Source: a virus
DNA length: 64,000 nucleotides
IMG/VR virus record: IMGVR_UViG_3300036851_000172
Coordinates: 1 to 64,000 of that record
Strand: one strand, 5' to 3'
The translations under genes were made by a program, and so were the position numbers. Position 1 is the first letter of the stretch. Each line of letters begins with the position of its first letter. Under the pieces are notes generated by a model. The model did not search any database, was not told where the DNA came from, and worked only from the letters and a program-made list of their open reading frames with translations. Positions 8,924-18,701 of the stretch are shown piece after piece.

Positions 8924-9565
8924 TTTGGCCTCCCAACAGTGTCACCCACCGTTGGATACCATGACGTGTGCTGCACACGTGGGCAAGGAAAAACCACATT
9001 TGGTTACCGGAAAATATGCCGCGGCGGTCCCTTGGTACGGAGCCGGACAATTTACTTGACACGACAGCAGCCCTTACACGTCGGAACCTGCGCATGACGG
9101 CCCCGATCTCGAACATCTATCGGTGCGGCTGTCACGGCGCGCTTGAGTGCCCGGACAGGAATCCTCCCGAGCCGTCGCTCAATGTCATCGGCGTTCTCGC
9201 CGGTGCTGTGTCAGGCGCGATCGGCGCCGGCGGCATCACGGCCTGGGCCATGTGGTGGCTGATGAGGTGCGGGTGATGGACTGGTCCGCATTCTTCCTCT
9301 CGACCGGGCTGAGCTTCAGCCTTGGGTTCCTCATCGGGTACGTCGGCGAGAGGATGGATTCATGATTTGTCGTTGCTGTCATGAGCGTCCTGTGCCGAAA
9401 GGCTTTCACTACTGCGAGTCATGCGGCGAGGCCTGCCACGCACTTATGCAGGCCGCCGCTCTTTGGTTTGTTTCACGTCTATGTCGTCAATCTGCCGCGC
9501 CAACGGCAGACAAGTAGCTACCGTGTCTCCGGTGCTGGGGAATAAGTAGCATCGGGAGTTTCCAA

Positions 9566-9946
9566 ATGGTGGAAGAGCGTTCCATGCGTGCGTTGATAGA
9601 AGCTGTGGCCGGTCCGCGCGAGTGGTCGGACACGCGAGGAAGCTGGCTCAACCGGGCGGCGAGACGCTCAGGGCTGAGCTTCAGAACAATCAAGAGCATC
9701 TGGTACGGCCAGATCAGAGATGAGAGCCACCATGCAGTCAGGCTCCTACGACACACTGCAGAGCAGCGGGCAGCGCAGCAATACGAAACCATCGCCCGCT
9801 CTCTCCAGGCTATCGACCCCGAGTTTCATAGTCCGCGCATCACTCAATATCTCGCTCTGGCTCGGGCGCTTCGCGATCTGGAAAGCTCGCAGGGAGCGCG
9901 AGAAGGCAATGCGGAAGGTTTTCCGGGGGAAGATTGGGAGGGATAG
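9566..9946 (+). CDS. CII-position HTH-like regulator
   Basis: WLNRAARRSGLSFRTIKSIWYG HTH-like segment; position after cro. Confidence 0.6.
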   Translation: MVEERSMRALIEAVAGPREWSDTRGSWLNRAARRSGLSFRTIKSIWYGQIRDESHHAVRLLRHTAEQRAAQQYETIARSLQAIDPEFHSPRITQYLALARALRDLESSQGAREGNAEGFPGEDWEG

Positions 9947-10240
9947 GTGACGGTTTGTTGTCCTACCTGTCATCAGCCTTACCGAGAAACGAGGCTCGGC
10001 ATTTCAATGCCGCGCCTGAAATCCGAGTTGTTCGATTCGATCAAGCTTGCGGGTGACATCGGCATCACCACAGAAGAACTGTGGGTTATGCATTACAGCA
10101 ACGCCAAGCGCTCGGCGGCTCCAACCACGATCAAGTCGCATGTCAACCAGATCAATGATCTGCTGGTCGAGACGGATTATGCCATCCGTCCGGATGGGCG
10201 CGGAAAGTCAGCACGATGGAAATTGGTAAGGGAGGGATAG
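9947..10240 (+). CDS. Winged-HTH-like hypothetical protein
   Basis: CPTC at the N-terminus; TIKSHVNQINDLL resembles an OmpR-type recognition helix. Confidence 0.55.
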   Translation: MTVCCPTCHQPYRETRLGISMPRLKSELFDSIKLAGDIGITTEELWVMHYSNAKRSAAPTTIKSHVNQINDLLVETDYAIRPDGRGKSARWKLVREG

Positions 10241-10243
10241 GTA

Positions 10244-10801
10244 GTGGAAGTCATCGAGCAGCCACGTCGGCTCAAGTACTACCTCCACTCTCCGTGGACA
10301 GAAACAACAGACAAGTACCTCATTTCTAATTGGGGGAAGAAGGGCGTTCGTGACATTGCCAATTTCATTGGTGTGACAAAAAGTAGCGCAGCGGGTCGCG
10401 CCATGCGACTTGGGCTCAAGCGCCTGCAAGCGCCGCGGTTCAAGGGGCTTACCAATGGACCCCGGAAGCGACCAGCCCCCAAGCTGGTTCGTGACAAGCC
10501 ACCCAGGTTGCCGACAAAGGCTGCAACCGATCTCGCTCCGGACCAATCCAATTGCGCAATCAGCCTGATCGAGGCGAAGCCTCATCAATGCCGGTGGCCG
10601 CTGGATGAGCCGACCGCGGCAATGATGGTCTGTGGCGAAACCAAGTGCGAAGGCTCGTCCTACTGCATCCGGCATCACAACATCGCGTATCGCAAAAACT
10701 ATGTCGTTGACGAGCAAGACAAAATACGCCGGCACCATCACTGGAAGAAGGTTTGCGTTGCAAAGGTAACTCAATTCCTCTCCGAAGAGGCAAATACATG
10801 A
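10244..10801 (+). CDS. GcrA-like transcription regulator (phage A)
   Basis: WT...IANFIGVTKSSAAGRAMRLGL HTH and CRWP...CG...SSYC..H C-terminal motif. Confidence 0.75.
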   Translation: MEVIEQPRRLKYYLHSPWTETTDKYLISNWGKKGVRDIANFIGVTKSSAAGRAMRLGLKRLQAPRFKGLTNGPRKRPAPKLVRDKPPRLPTKAATDLAPDQSNCAISLIEAKPHQCRWPLDEPTAAMMVCGETKCEGSSYCIRHHNIAYRKNYVVDEQDKIRRHHHWKKVCVAKVTQFLSEEANT

Positions 10802-11139
10802 TCACGCTCAATCTTCCGACGCCTCCGAGTACGAACAACTTGTATTTCAACAGGGGCAAGAGGCGTGCTCCGACCACTGAGCACAAGAACTGGATGGATG
10901 AGGCGGCACTCCAAATCATCGCCCAGCGGGTCGGCCACGTCAAAGGTCCGGTGACACTTGAGTTCGCGGTTGAGGAGAACAAGCGCCGCGACTTGGGGAA
11001 CTACGAGAAGATCGTGACCGACGCACTGGTGAGATACGGCGTGATCGAGGGCGATCGCTGCAAGACCGTGCGCGGGATACTGCTGCGCTGGTCGAGCAAT
11101 GTGAAAGGAATTCAGGTCTTCATCGAGCAAGCAGTGTAG
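10798..11139 (+). CDS. rusA: RusA-family Holliday junction resolvase
   Basis: PPSTNNLY; RRDLGNYEKIVTDALV..GVIEGD motif. Confidence 0.85.
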   Translation: MITLNLPTPPSTNNLYFNRGKRRAPTTEHKNWMDEAALQIIAQRVGHVKGPVTLEFAVEENKRRDLGNYEKIVTDALVRYGVIEGDRCKTVRGILLRWSSNVKGIQVFIEQAV

Positions 11140-11144
11140 TGGTC

Positions 11145-11615
11145 ATGAGCAAGGCATGGATGCCGCTCTATATCGGTGATTACAAACGGGACACCGGGCA
11201 TCTGACCACGCTTGAGCACGGCGCCTACTTCCTCCTGATCATGCACTACTGGGAGAAAGGGCCATTGCCGAATGATGATGTGCGACTGGCTAGGATTGCC
11301 GGGGTTTCGCTGAAGCAATGGTCTTCCCTGCGGGAAGTAGTCATTTCATTCTTCAGTGAAGCAAATGCTAAGCAATTGCTTCGCCACAAACGCATTGATG
11401 AGGAGCTTACCAAAGCCGAAATAATCTCGGCAAAACGGGCACTTGCGGGTGCCAAGGGCGGCTTCTCCAATCGTGGCAAGACCAACCAAGAACGAAATTA
11501 CGGGAAAGCATTTGCTAAGCAAAGGGACGACCAATCACAATCACATAGTAATCTTTCTTCTATTGCCGAGGCCATGCGCTCGAGAGCGAGAAGGACTTTC
11601 GAGGAAGAAAGGTAA
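11145..11615 (+). CDS. DUF1376/YdaU-like replication initiation protein
   Basis: WMPLYIGDYKRDTGHLTTLEHGAYFLLIMHYW...LP.DD..LARI. Confidence 0.85.
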   Translation: MSKAWMPLYIGDYKRDTGHLTTLEHGAYFLLIMHYWEKGPLPNDDVRLARIAGVSLKQWSSLREVVISFFSEANAKQLLRHKRIDEELTKAEIISAKRALAGAKGGFSNRGKTNQERNYGKAFAKQRDDQSQSHSNLSSIAEAMRSRARRTFEEER

Positions 11616-11810
11616 GCAAGATGGATGATGTGCCCGACTACATCGTGAGAGCCGGCATCCCGAAAAAGAAAGATGAGCGGTATCCGCCAGTTGTGCGTCG
11701 TCCTGGGCCGCCCGAGGGCGAGGACTATTTCACGCTGACGGAACGGCATGGCCGCCCAGTTGGCGTGTTTGAGCAGCACGGCCGCACCATCCCCTACAAG
11801 GGCTGACCCC

Positions 11811-12362
11811 ATGCACACAGGACTCTTGATGGCCAAGCGCAAGAACCGTCTCGTCACCGCCCGCGAGCCCAATGGGCGGATCCAGCGCTCGGTGGAGCGT
11901 GAACTGTCGCCCACGGAGGCGCGGCGTCTCAGGGATGCTGCATTTCGCGGGCTCAGGGATGCGGAGTGGGGAACCGAGCTCGGCCGCATGTGCCTTGAGG
12001 GCGCCATCACGTGGACGATGTATTTGGCCGGCAAGCGCTGGCGGGAGCAGGCAGAAACCTATCGGCGGGCGATCGGGGTCTTCCCGGTCCGGTCGGCCTC
12101 GCTTGAGCGTGGCAGTCGCAGCACAACATCCGATCCGGATTCCGAGGATGGCCGAAAGCAAGCCCAGCGCGAAGCCAATGGTGCAGAGAGGTTTTTCGAG
12201 GCGCATGCTCGCCTCATCACGGCTGGGCCGGTCGCGGAAAGCATGGTCAGGCTGGTGTGCGAGGAAGACATCTCGGCAGCCAGTTACGTGGAGCGCGTGG
12301 CTTTGTGGAAAGGGCTGCGCGCTCTTGTGGACCACTACAATTTGACGAAGCAGGAGAAATAG
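11811..12362 (+). CDS. Hypothetical protein at the late-regulator position
   Basis: Long ORF with REPNGR motif; last large early gene before the terminase; start uncertain. Confidence 0.6.
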   Translation: MHTGLLMAKRKNRLVTAREPNGRIQRSVERELSPTEARRLRDAAFRGLRDAEWGTELGRMCLEGAITWTMYLAGKRWREQAETYRRAIGVFPVRSASLERGSRSTTSDPDSEDGRKQAQREANGAERFFEAHARLITAGPVAESMVRLVCEEDISAASYVERVALWKGLRALVDHYNLTKQEK

Positions 12363-12848
12363 CCTATGTCGTCATTTAGGCAGGTTGGTGATTTGCGCCT
12401 GCCCCTCCACACCTACTCACGGTCTGGCCCCCGCTGTCACAACGGCGGGAGCTGGCTATCTGGAGCATCCATGATGGACCTGACTCAAGCACTCGCCGTT
12501 ATCGCCTATCTGCATGATGGGTTTGACGATGGCTACAGCCAGGAGCAAAAGGCGGCATACGATGCTGCCATGGCCATTATCGGGCAGAGCGCGCGGGATA
12601 TGATTGGGGAACCAGATCAATGAATGAAGAGCTTTTGAAGGCCGAGAATGAAACGCTGCGCGACATGGCTGTCATAACGGCGGGTGCTGGCGTTTGCGGC
12701 TGCGGCGCCTGTTCGCCATCCTTCGGGAACTCCTCAGGAGTCCAACACACATCCGACTGTGCCGTACACAACGCCCCCGCCCTTCCGGTCGGGCCTTGTG
12801 ACTGCGGTGGGCGGACGCCACCGGAGCCAAATAGTTAGACGGTAAAAT

Positions 12849-13154
12849 ATGGGTAGACCATTAGGCTCACAAAACAAGGACAAGCGCTTCAAGGCGGCCT
12901 TGGTCCGATACGTCGATGCCGACCCCAAACGCCTCGATGAAATGGCTGAAAAGCTGTGGCTCAAAGCCATGGGCGGCGATGTCGTGGCGATGAAGGAAGT
13001 GGCTGACCGTCTCGACGGCAAGGTGGCCCAGCCAGTCGGCGGCTCTGACGACCTCCCTCCCGTTCAAATCGAAGAAGTGATACGCACCATTGTCGATCCT
13101 CGAGATAAAGACAGCGAGGGCGTTCAAGCCCCTCCTGAGCCCAGCCAGGTATAA
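12849..13154 (+). CDS. Terminase small subunit (putative)
   Basis: GRPLGSQNK N-terminus, GDVVAMKEVADRLDGK; overlaps TerL. Confidence 0.75.
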   Translation: MGRPLGSQNKDKRFKAALVRYVDADPKRLDEMAEKLWLKAMGGDVVAMKEVADRLDGKVAQPVGGSDDLPPVQIEEVIRTIVDPRDKDSEGVQAPPEPSQV

Positions 13155-14376
13155 GGGCGCCTACGGCGGGCGCGGCTCCGGTAAGTCGCATTTCTTTGCT
13201 GAGCTGTTGGTTGAGCAGTGCATCCGGGAGCCGGGAACGCGCGCTGTCTGCGTCCGTGAGGTGCAGAAGACACTGGCCGAGTCGAGCAAGCGCACCATCG
13301 AGGACAAGATCAGCGCATTGGGCGTTTCGCATCTATTTGATGTCACCAAGACGGAAATCAAAACACCCGGGGATGGGCTGATCATCTTCCAGGGCATGCA
13401 GGACCACAACGCGGAGAGCATCAAATCACTTGAGGGGTACAAGGTGGCTTGGGTTGAGGAAGCCCAGACCCTGAGTGAGCGCAGCCTGCAGCTGCTGCGG
13501 CCCACCATCCGCACAGAGGGATCGGAAATCTGGTTCTCATGGAATCCGACGCGCAAGAAGGACGCGATCGACAAGTTTCTCAGGCAGGACCCGCCAGCTA
13601 ACGCCATCGTGGTCAAGGCCAACTGGCGCGACAATCCGTTCTGGAACGACACGCTGGAGGGCGAGCGGCAACTTGAACTGACCAAATATCCCGAGCGTTA
13701 CGAGCATACGTGGGAAGGCGATTATGCGGGTGCGTTCGAGGGTGCCTACTTTGCCAAGCAACTCTCGGAGGCCAGGCGTCAGGATCGCATTGGCAAGGTG
13801 TTTGCTGATCCGTTGTTGCCGCTCCGAGCGTTCATAGACATCGGCGGCTCCGGTGCGCTGGCCGATGCCTTCGTGATCTGGATTGTGCAATGGGTCGGCC
13901 AGGAAATCCGGGTGCTGGACTACTACGAGTCGGTGGGTCAGGTGCTGGCCTATCACGTCGATTGGTTGCGCAAGCGTGGATACCAGGAAGCTGTTCTCTA
14001 CCTGCCACATGACGGCATCAATGAGAACAACGTGACCGGCAAGAAATACTGGGATCACCTGAGGGAGGCCGAGTTCAAGGTAGAGCCGCCCATCCCTAAT
14101 CAGGGCAAGGGTGCCGCGGCCATGCGAATCGAGGCGGTTCGCAGGCTGTTCCCCAAAATCTCTTTCAACGCAGCCACAACGGAGGATGGCCGACAGGCGC
14201 TCGGCTTCTACCACGAGAAGCGTGACGAGATGCGCAACATCGGCCTTGGTCCGGATCATGATTGGAGCTCGCACGCCGCGGATGCGTTTGGTCTGATGGC
14301 CATCTGCTACGAAGAGCCGTCGCGGACCAAGTCGTTTCACCGGCGGATCGAATACGGCCATGCCGGCGTTGTCTAG
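13090..14376 (+). CDS. terL: Terminase large subunit, PBSX family
   Basis: Walker A GGRGSGKS, WVEEA Walker B, SWNP, nuclease residues DIG and SHAADAF. Confidence 0.96.
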   Translation: MSILEIKTARAFKPLLSPARYKGAYGGRGSGKSHFFAELLVEQCIREPGTRAVCVREVQKTLAESSKRTIEDKISALGVSHLFDVTKTEIKTPGDGLIIFQGMQDHNAESIKSLEGYKVAWVEEAQTLSERSLQLLRPTIRTEGSEIWFSWNPTRKKDAIDKFLRQDPPANAIVVKANWRDNPFWNDTLEGERQLELTKYPERYEHTWEGDYAGAFEGAYFAKQLSEARRQDRIGKVFADPLLPLRAFIDIGGSGALADAFVIWIVQWVGQEIRVLDYYESVGQVLAYHVDWLRKRGYQEAVLYLPHDGINENNVTGKKYWDHLREAEFKVEPPIPNQGKGAAAMRIEAVRRLFPKISFNAATTEDGRQALGFYHEKRDEMRNIGLGPDHDWSSHAADAFGLMAICYEEPSRTKSFHRRIEYGHAGVV

Positions 14377-14584
14377 GTGCTTCGACAAGCGCTCAGCAGG
14401 AGAACACCATGACCGACAAACCCAAGACTCGTGAGATTGCACTGAAGATCATCGCCGACACGTTCTGTGAGGGCCCGTCCGGCACCGTCGGTGGGGAGTT
14501 GGGCGAGGCCATCATGCAGAACCTGGAGGCCGGCGGCTTCAACTTCACGCACGTGCATCCACCCAAGGCCAGCGAGCACCGCTG

Positions 14585-14758
14585 ATGGGTCGTACGCAGT
14601 TTCTCAAACTGGTCGCACTGGTCGGGTATGACACTGCCGTGCAAATCGTCGCGCTGAAACTCGGATACGATGAAGCAACTCAGATCGAAGTTGCGCGGAC
14701 TCTCCTGCCGGATGGTTATGAGAAGCAGGACCTCATTGAGAAGCTGGGGCTGAATTAA
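14585..14758 (+). CDS. 57-aa hypothetical protein (not in ORF track)
   Basis: MGRTQFLKLVALVGYDTAVQIVALKLGYDEATQIEV...; stop overlaps the portal ATG (TAATG). Confidence 0.55.
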   Translation: MGRTQFLKLVALVGYDTAVQIVALKLGYDEATQIEVARTLLPDGYEKQDLIEKLGLN

Positions 14759-15330
14759 TGGCCAAGATGTCCAATGGTGACCTGAAAGCACTGTTGGCGA
14801 ACGAGAAGGCCTCGGCCCTGTCCGGCATGGCCTCGTCCAAGCTCAGCGAGGATCGCTCCAAGGCGATGGATTATTACCTCGGCGACATGTCGCGCGATCT
14901 GCCGGCGCAGGACGGCCGCTCCAGCGCTGTTTCCACCGATGTCAGCGATACGGTCGAGGGCCTGATGCCGACGCTGATGGACATCTTCACCTCGGGGGAT
15001 GAGGTGGTAAAGTTCGACCCGGTCGGGCCGGAGGATGTCGAGGCGGCCGAACAAGAAACTGACTACATTAACCACGTTTTCATGGAGAAAAACCCCGGCT
15101 TCCTCACGCTGTACTCGTTCATCAAGGATGCGCTGCTGTCCAAGGTTGGCGTGGTCAAGGTGTGGTGGGAATGCGAGGAGCGCGAGGAGCGCCAGACGTT
15201 TTACGACCTTGATGATCAGCAGTTTGCGATGATTGCGGCCGAGGTTGGGGACGAATACGAGATCGTCGAGCACACGATCAAAGACAGGCCTGGTGAAGAT
15301 GCTGGCACCAAATCCGCAAGCTCTTACTGA
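14758..15330 (+). CDS. Portal protein, N-terminal part
   Basis: AMDYYLG, GRSSAVSTDVSDTVE, AAEQETDYINHVF and KDALLSKVGVVKVWW are podovirus portal motifs. Confidence 0.88.
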   Translation: MAKMSNGDLKALLANEKASALSGMASSKLSEDRSKAMDYYLGDMSRDLPAQDGRSSAVSTDVSDTVEGLMPTLMDIFTSGDEVVKFDPVGPEDVEAAEQETDYINHVFMEKNPGFLTLYSFIKDALLSKVGVVKVWWECEEREERQTFYDLDDQQFAMIAAEVGDEYEIVEHTIKDRPGEDAGTKSASSY

Positions 15331-17155
15331 GGCCGCCCCGAAGTGGCATGATGTCACCGTTGTATGCAAGACCAAGTACGAGTGCGCGCACGTCTGCGGG
15401 GTGCCGCCCGAGGAGTTCGGCATCAGCTCGTCGGCGCGCAACATCAAGGATGCCGGCTACGCCTACCACGAGATGGTGGACAAGTCCGAGTCCGACCTGA
15501 TCGAGCAGGGCTATGACGAGGACTGTATCAAGGCATTGCCCAGCTACAGCGGGGATAGCACCGGCGTCGAGCAGCAGTCGCGCGATACGGTGGACGAACG
15601 CCAAAGTAGCTTGGGGGATGACGGCTTCAATCCGGCCAATCGCAAAATAAAGATCACCGAGCACTATGTGAAGATGGACTATGAGGGGGACGGAAAGGCC
15701 CGCCTCTACCGGGTGACGACGGGCGGCGATGACGGGGTGATCCTGACCCGCAGCGGCGAGGATGATGTTGTAGAGGTCGATCACATCTGCTTTGCAGCGA
15801 TGACGCCGGTGATTGTGACGCACCGGTTCTTCGGCCGGTCTATTGCGGACCTAGTCATGGATATCCAGCGCATCAAGACGGCTGTGGTTAGGGGGCTGCT
15901 CGACAATCTGTACATGCACAACATGCCGCGTCCGGTGGTGTCGGAGCAGGGTGCCGGCGACAGCACGCTTGATGATCTCTTGGTGGCCCGCCACGGGGCG
16001 GTCATTCGTGTCAAGGGCGATGCGCAAGCGGCCATACAGTGGCAGCAGGTGCCTGACATTACCGGAGCGTGCTATCCCGCCCTGCAGTATTTCGATGCAA
16101 CGCGTGAGTGGCGCACTGGTGTATCAAGACAGGGCCAAGGCGTAGACCCGGAGGCATTGCAAAATCAGGTCGCGACCATCGCGAACCAGATGTACAACGC
16201 CTCGCAGGCCAAGGTGAAGCTGATCGCCCGCATCTTTGCGGAGACCGGCATTCGGGATTTGTTCAGCCTGCTGCATGCGACGATCCGGAGACACGGCAGC
16301 CAGCCACAGACCGTCCGGCTGCGGAACAAATGGGTTGAGGTTGACCCGCGGGAGTGGAAATCCCGCGACGACATGACGGTGAAGGTCGGGCTGGGGGACG
16401 GGAGCAAACAGGAACAGCTTGCCGGCCTGCAATTGCTCATCGGTGCGCAGGAGAAGGCTATCTCGGCCGGTCTGGTGAGCCCAAAGAACCTGTTCAACTC
16501 TGGCAAGCAGTTGTGCAAGCTGTTGGGGCACAAGGATCCGGAGGAGTATTTCACGGCGCCAGGCAAGCCGGCTGATCCGCAGGACCCCGCTTCCGCGCCG
16601 ATCCCGCCGCCAAAGGACCCGAAGCTTATTGAGCTCCAAGCCAAGAACGAGATCGAGAAGACCCAGGCGCAGGCCGACATTGCCACCAACCGCGACAAGA
16701 TGAATCAAGAAGCGCAGATGGCGCAGATGAAGTTCCAGTTCGAGGCTGGACTGGAGGAGCGCCGGTTCGAGCTCGAGAAGGAACTGAAGCTTCTGGATGC
16801 GCAGATCAAGATGCAGCAGCATTCGGAGGAGATGAACTTCAAGCGCGAGGCGCACTCGCAGACCATGCAGCAGAAGACCACCGACCACGCCATGAAGACC
16901 GAACAGGCCAAGCAGAAGGCAGAAGAGGGGCCGAAAGCCGCCATCCAGGTCAAGCACAGCGCGGATGAATTGACCGGCCCATTGGGCGAGATGCTGTCGC
17001 AATTCAGCAAGGCCCTTGCGGAGCAGTCAGACCGGCAGTCCGAGAGCATGAAGCAGCAAAGCGAGGCGATGGCGGCGGCGCTGAAGCAGATGAGCGCGCC
17101 GCGTCGGGCACGGAAGAACAAAGACGGCAGCTGGCAGACGGAGATGATGCAGTGA
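15299..17155 (+). CDS. Portal protein, C-terminal part (+1 frame relative to the N-terminal part)
   Basis: VPPEEF, HRFFGRSIADLVMDIQRIKT, IARIFAETG, Q/E-rich coiled tail; frame open from 15233, ATG at 15299. Confidence 0.88.
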   Translation: MLAPNPQALTEAAPKWHDVTVVCKTKYECAHVCGVPPEEFGISSSARNIKDAGYAYHEMVDKSESDLIEQGYDEDCIKALPSYSGDSTGVEQQSRDTVDERQSSLGDDGFNPANRKIKITEHYVKMDYEGDGKARLYRVTTGGDDGVILTRSGEDDVVEVDHICFAAMTPVIVTHRFFGRSIADLVMDIQRIKTAVVRGLLDNLYMHNMPRPVVSEQGAGDSTLDDLLVARHGAVIRVKGDAQAAIQWQQVPDITGACYPALQYFDATREWRTGVSRQGQGVDPEALQNQVATIANQMYNASQAKVKLIARIFAETGIRDLFSLLHATIRRHGSQPQTVRLRNKWVEVDPREWKSRDDMTVKVGLGDGSKQEQLAGLQLLIGAQEKAISAGLVSPKNLFNSGKQLCKLLGHKDPEEYFTAPGKPADPQDPASAPIPPPKDPKLIELQAKNEIEKTQAQADIATNRDKMNQEAQMAQMKFQFEAGLEERRFELEKELKLLDAQIKMQQHSEEMNFKREAHSQTMQQKTTDHAMKTEQAKQKAEEGPKAAIQVKHSADELTGPLGEMLSQFSKALAEQSDRQSESMKQQSEAMAAALKQMSAPRRARKNKDGSWQTEMMQ

Positions 17156-17378
17156 AAACTGTGGACGTTTGGAATGGCCACTACGGGACATTTAAAGTTC
17201 CGGCAGATGTACCGCGATTGTTTCGCATAGATGGCTGGATTGATAGCCGCCACAAGCTATCAGGCTATCTTAACCAGTATTTCTACGAAATGGACTATCG
17301 CATGCGGGATAATCTTCCCATCCAGTCGTGGTCAGAATGGATTGGGCCTGGCGCGCTATGGTTCTGGGCGGATGACGC

Positions 17379-17672
17379 ATGCCCACCTACACACTCAGCG
17401 GTGTAACCCGAGATGCGACCGGCAATCCACTGCCGAGCGTGGTGGTCGAGGTCTATGACACCGCATCCAATGCGTATCTCGGCACGGCGACATCGGACGG
17501 CGTCGGCGCCTATACAGCGACGCTGTCCAGCAGCACGTCGGCTTGCTTTGCTGTTGGGTATCTAGTCGGCAGTCCTGACGTAGCGGGAACAACGCTTAAC
17601 AACCTAGTGCCAGTCGAGATACCAGATCCGGGGGCGGGCGCCGGGCAGTCTTGGTATTATCTGGGGTTCTGA
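17379..17672 (+). CDS. Small Ig/transthyretin-like beta-sandwich protein, probable virion decoration
   Basis: LSGVTRDATGNPLPSVVVEVY...TATSDGVGAY pattern of carboxypeptidase-regulatory-like domains. Confidence 0.65.
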   Translation: MPTYTLSGVTRDATGNPLPSVVVEVYDTASNAYLGTATSDGVGAYTATLSSSTSACFAVGYLVGSPDVAGTTLNNLVPVEIPDPGAGAGQSWYYLGF

Positions 17673-17673
17673 C

Positions 17674-18063
17674 ATGTGGCAGCCAATCGAGACGGCACCG
17701 AAGGACGGCAGTCTTATTTTGATTCTGCAGTACGAGTATAGCTATCCACGCGCCGAAATAGTTCGCTGGGAGACCGACGAAGAGGGTAATTGGGAGCCGG
17801 GGCCGGAAGGGGGAACGTGGGCTTGTCCGTATGAGGCCGATTTTGAATATGGGCAGACAGCTAAATATTGGATGCCGTTGCCCGCTATACCTCCCGTCCC
17901 CTGTGAGTCTGAAGAGGCAAAATTAACACGCGAACGGGAGCAGCGTGAGTTTGCAGAATCCATGAAAATCTACGTGGAAAGTGTAAAATATGACGAGGAT
18001 CATCCTGAGGAAGTGATTCAGCGCCGAATGGCAGCACAGAGTCCTCTGTATGAGCCCAGCTAG
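17674..18063 (+). CDS. DUF551-like protein
   Basis: MWQPIETAPKDG...YWMPLP. Confidence 0.75.
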   Translation: MWQPIETAPKDGSLILILQYEYSYPRAEIVRWETDEEGNWEPGPEGGTWACPYEADFEYGQTAKYWMPLPAIPPVPCESEEAKLTREREQREFAESMKIYVESVKYDEDHPEEVIQRRMAAQSPLYEPS

Positions 18064-18067
18064 ATGA

Positions 18068-18535
18068 ATGAACGACATCTTCCTCTACCCGGTCCCGGCC
18101 TTTGCCGATCCGAACGACATCAAGCTTCTCATCGTCACGTCAGCACAAGGCGGGGTAACCGAGACTCCGCCTGATCCCGGCGGGACGATTGTTGCCGGCT
18201 GGTTCTCGCGCGGGAAATGGCACGACCTCAAGGCGCTCGTTGCGGCCGAGCGTGACGTTCGGGAACGCGCGCGACTCGCCAAGCGCAGGAAAGAGCACGA
18301 GGCCCTCCAGCGCGCAGCAGCGCTGGCAAGGGAAGTCATAGAGCTTGTGCACGAGGCAGAGCTTGAACAGCTAAACCAGTTTGCCCGCATGCAAACGCTC
18401 CTCGAGGGCGCGGCGAGGGCGGATAGTTTGGCTGCACGGGTCAGACAAGCAAATGAGGCATCGGCGCTGGCGTTGGCGCTTATTCGAGAGCTTGAAGAGG
18501 AGGAGGAGGCAATAGCCTTCTTCCTGCTGAATTAA
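18068..18535 (+). CDS. Hypothetical helical protein
   Basis: 155-aa ORF ending EEEEEAIAFFLLN. Confidence 0.6.
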   Translation: MNDIFLYPVPAFADPNDIKLLIVTSAQGGVTETPPDPGGTIVAGWFSRGKWHDLKALVAAERDVRERARLAKRRKEHEALQRAAALAREVIELVHEAELEQLNQFARMQTLLEGAARADSLAARVRQANEASALALALIRELEEEEEAIAFFLLN

Positions 18536-18701
18536 TGGCAATTACGCTGTGGTGTAGGGACACAAAGCTGGCTCGATGGCTCAATAACAATCCGCTAGTC
18601 GAGCGCTTCTTCGGACAGGAAACGATTACGATTGTGTACTCCACAGCAAACTCTAGAGGGCTCGAGTGGTGGCCGGTAATTCCCGGAGCTAGGGACAACT
18701 G

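Noticed and set aside
13537-17002. Long antisense ORFs opposite terminase and portal (13537..14442, 16124..17002)
   Set aside because: Mirror frames of strongly codon-biased genes with no independent motifs.
14758-17155. Portal pseudogene implying a defective prophage
   Set aside because: A single break in a linker-like region with an available restart and no other decay in structural genes; kept as an open finding instead.
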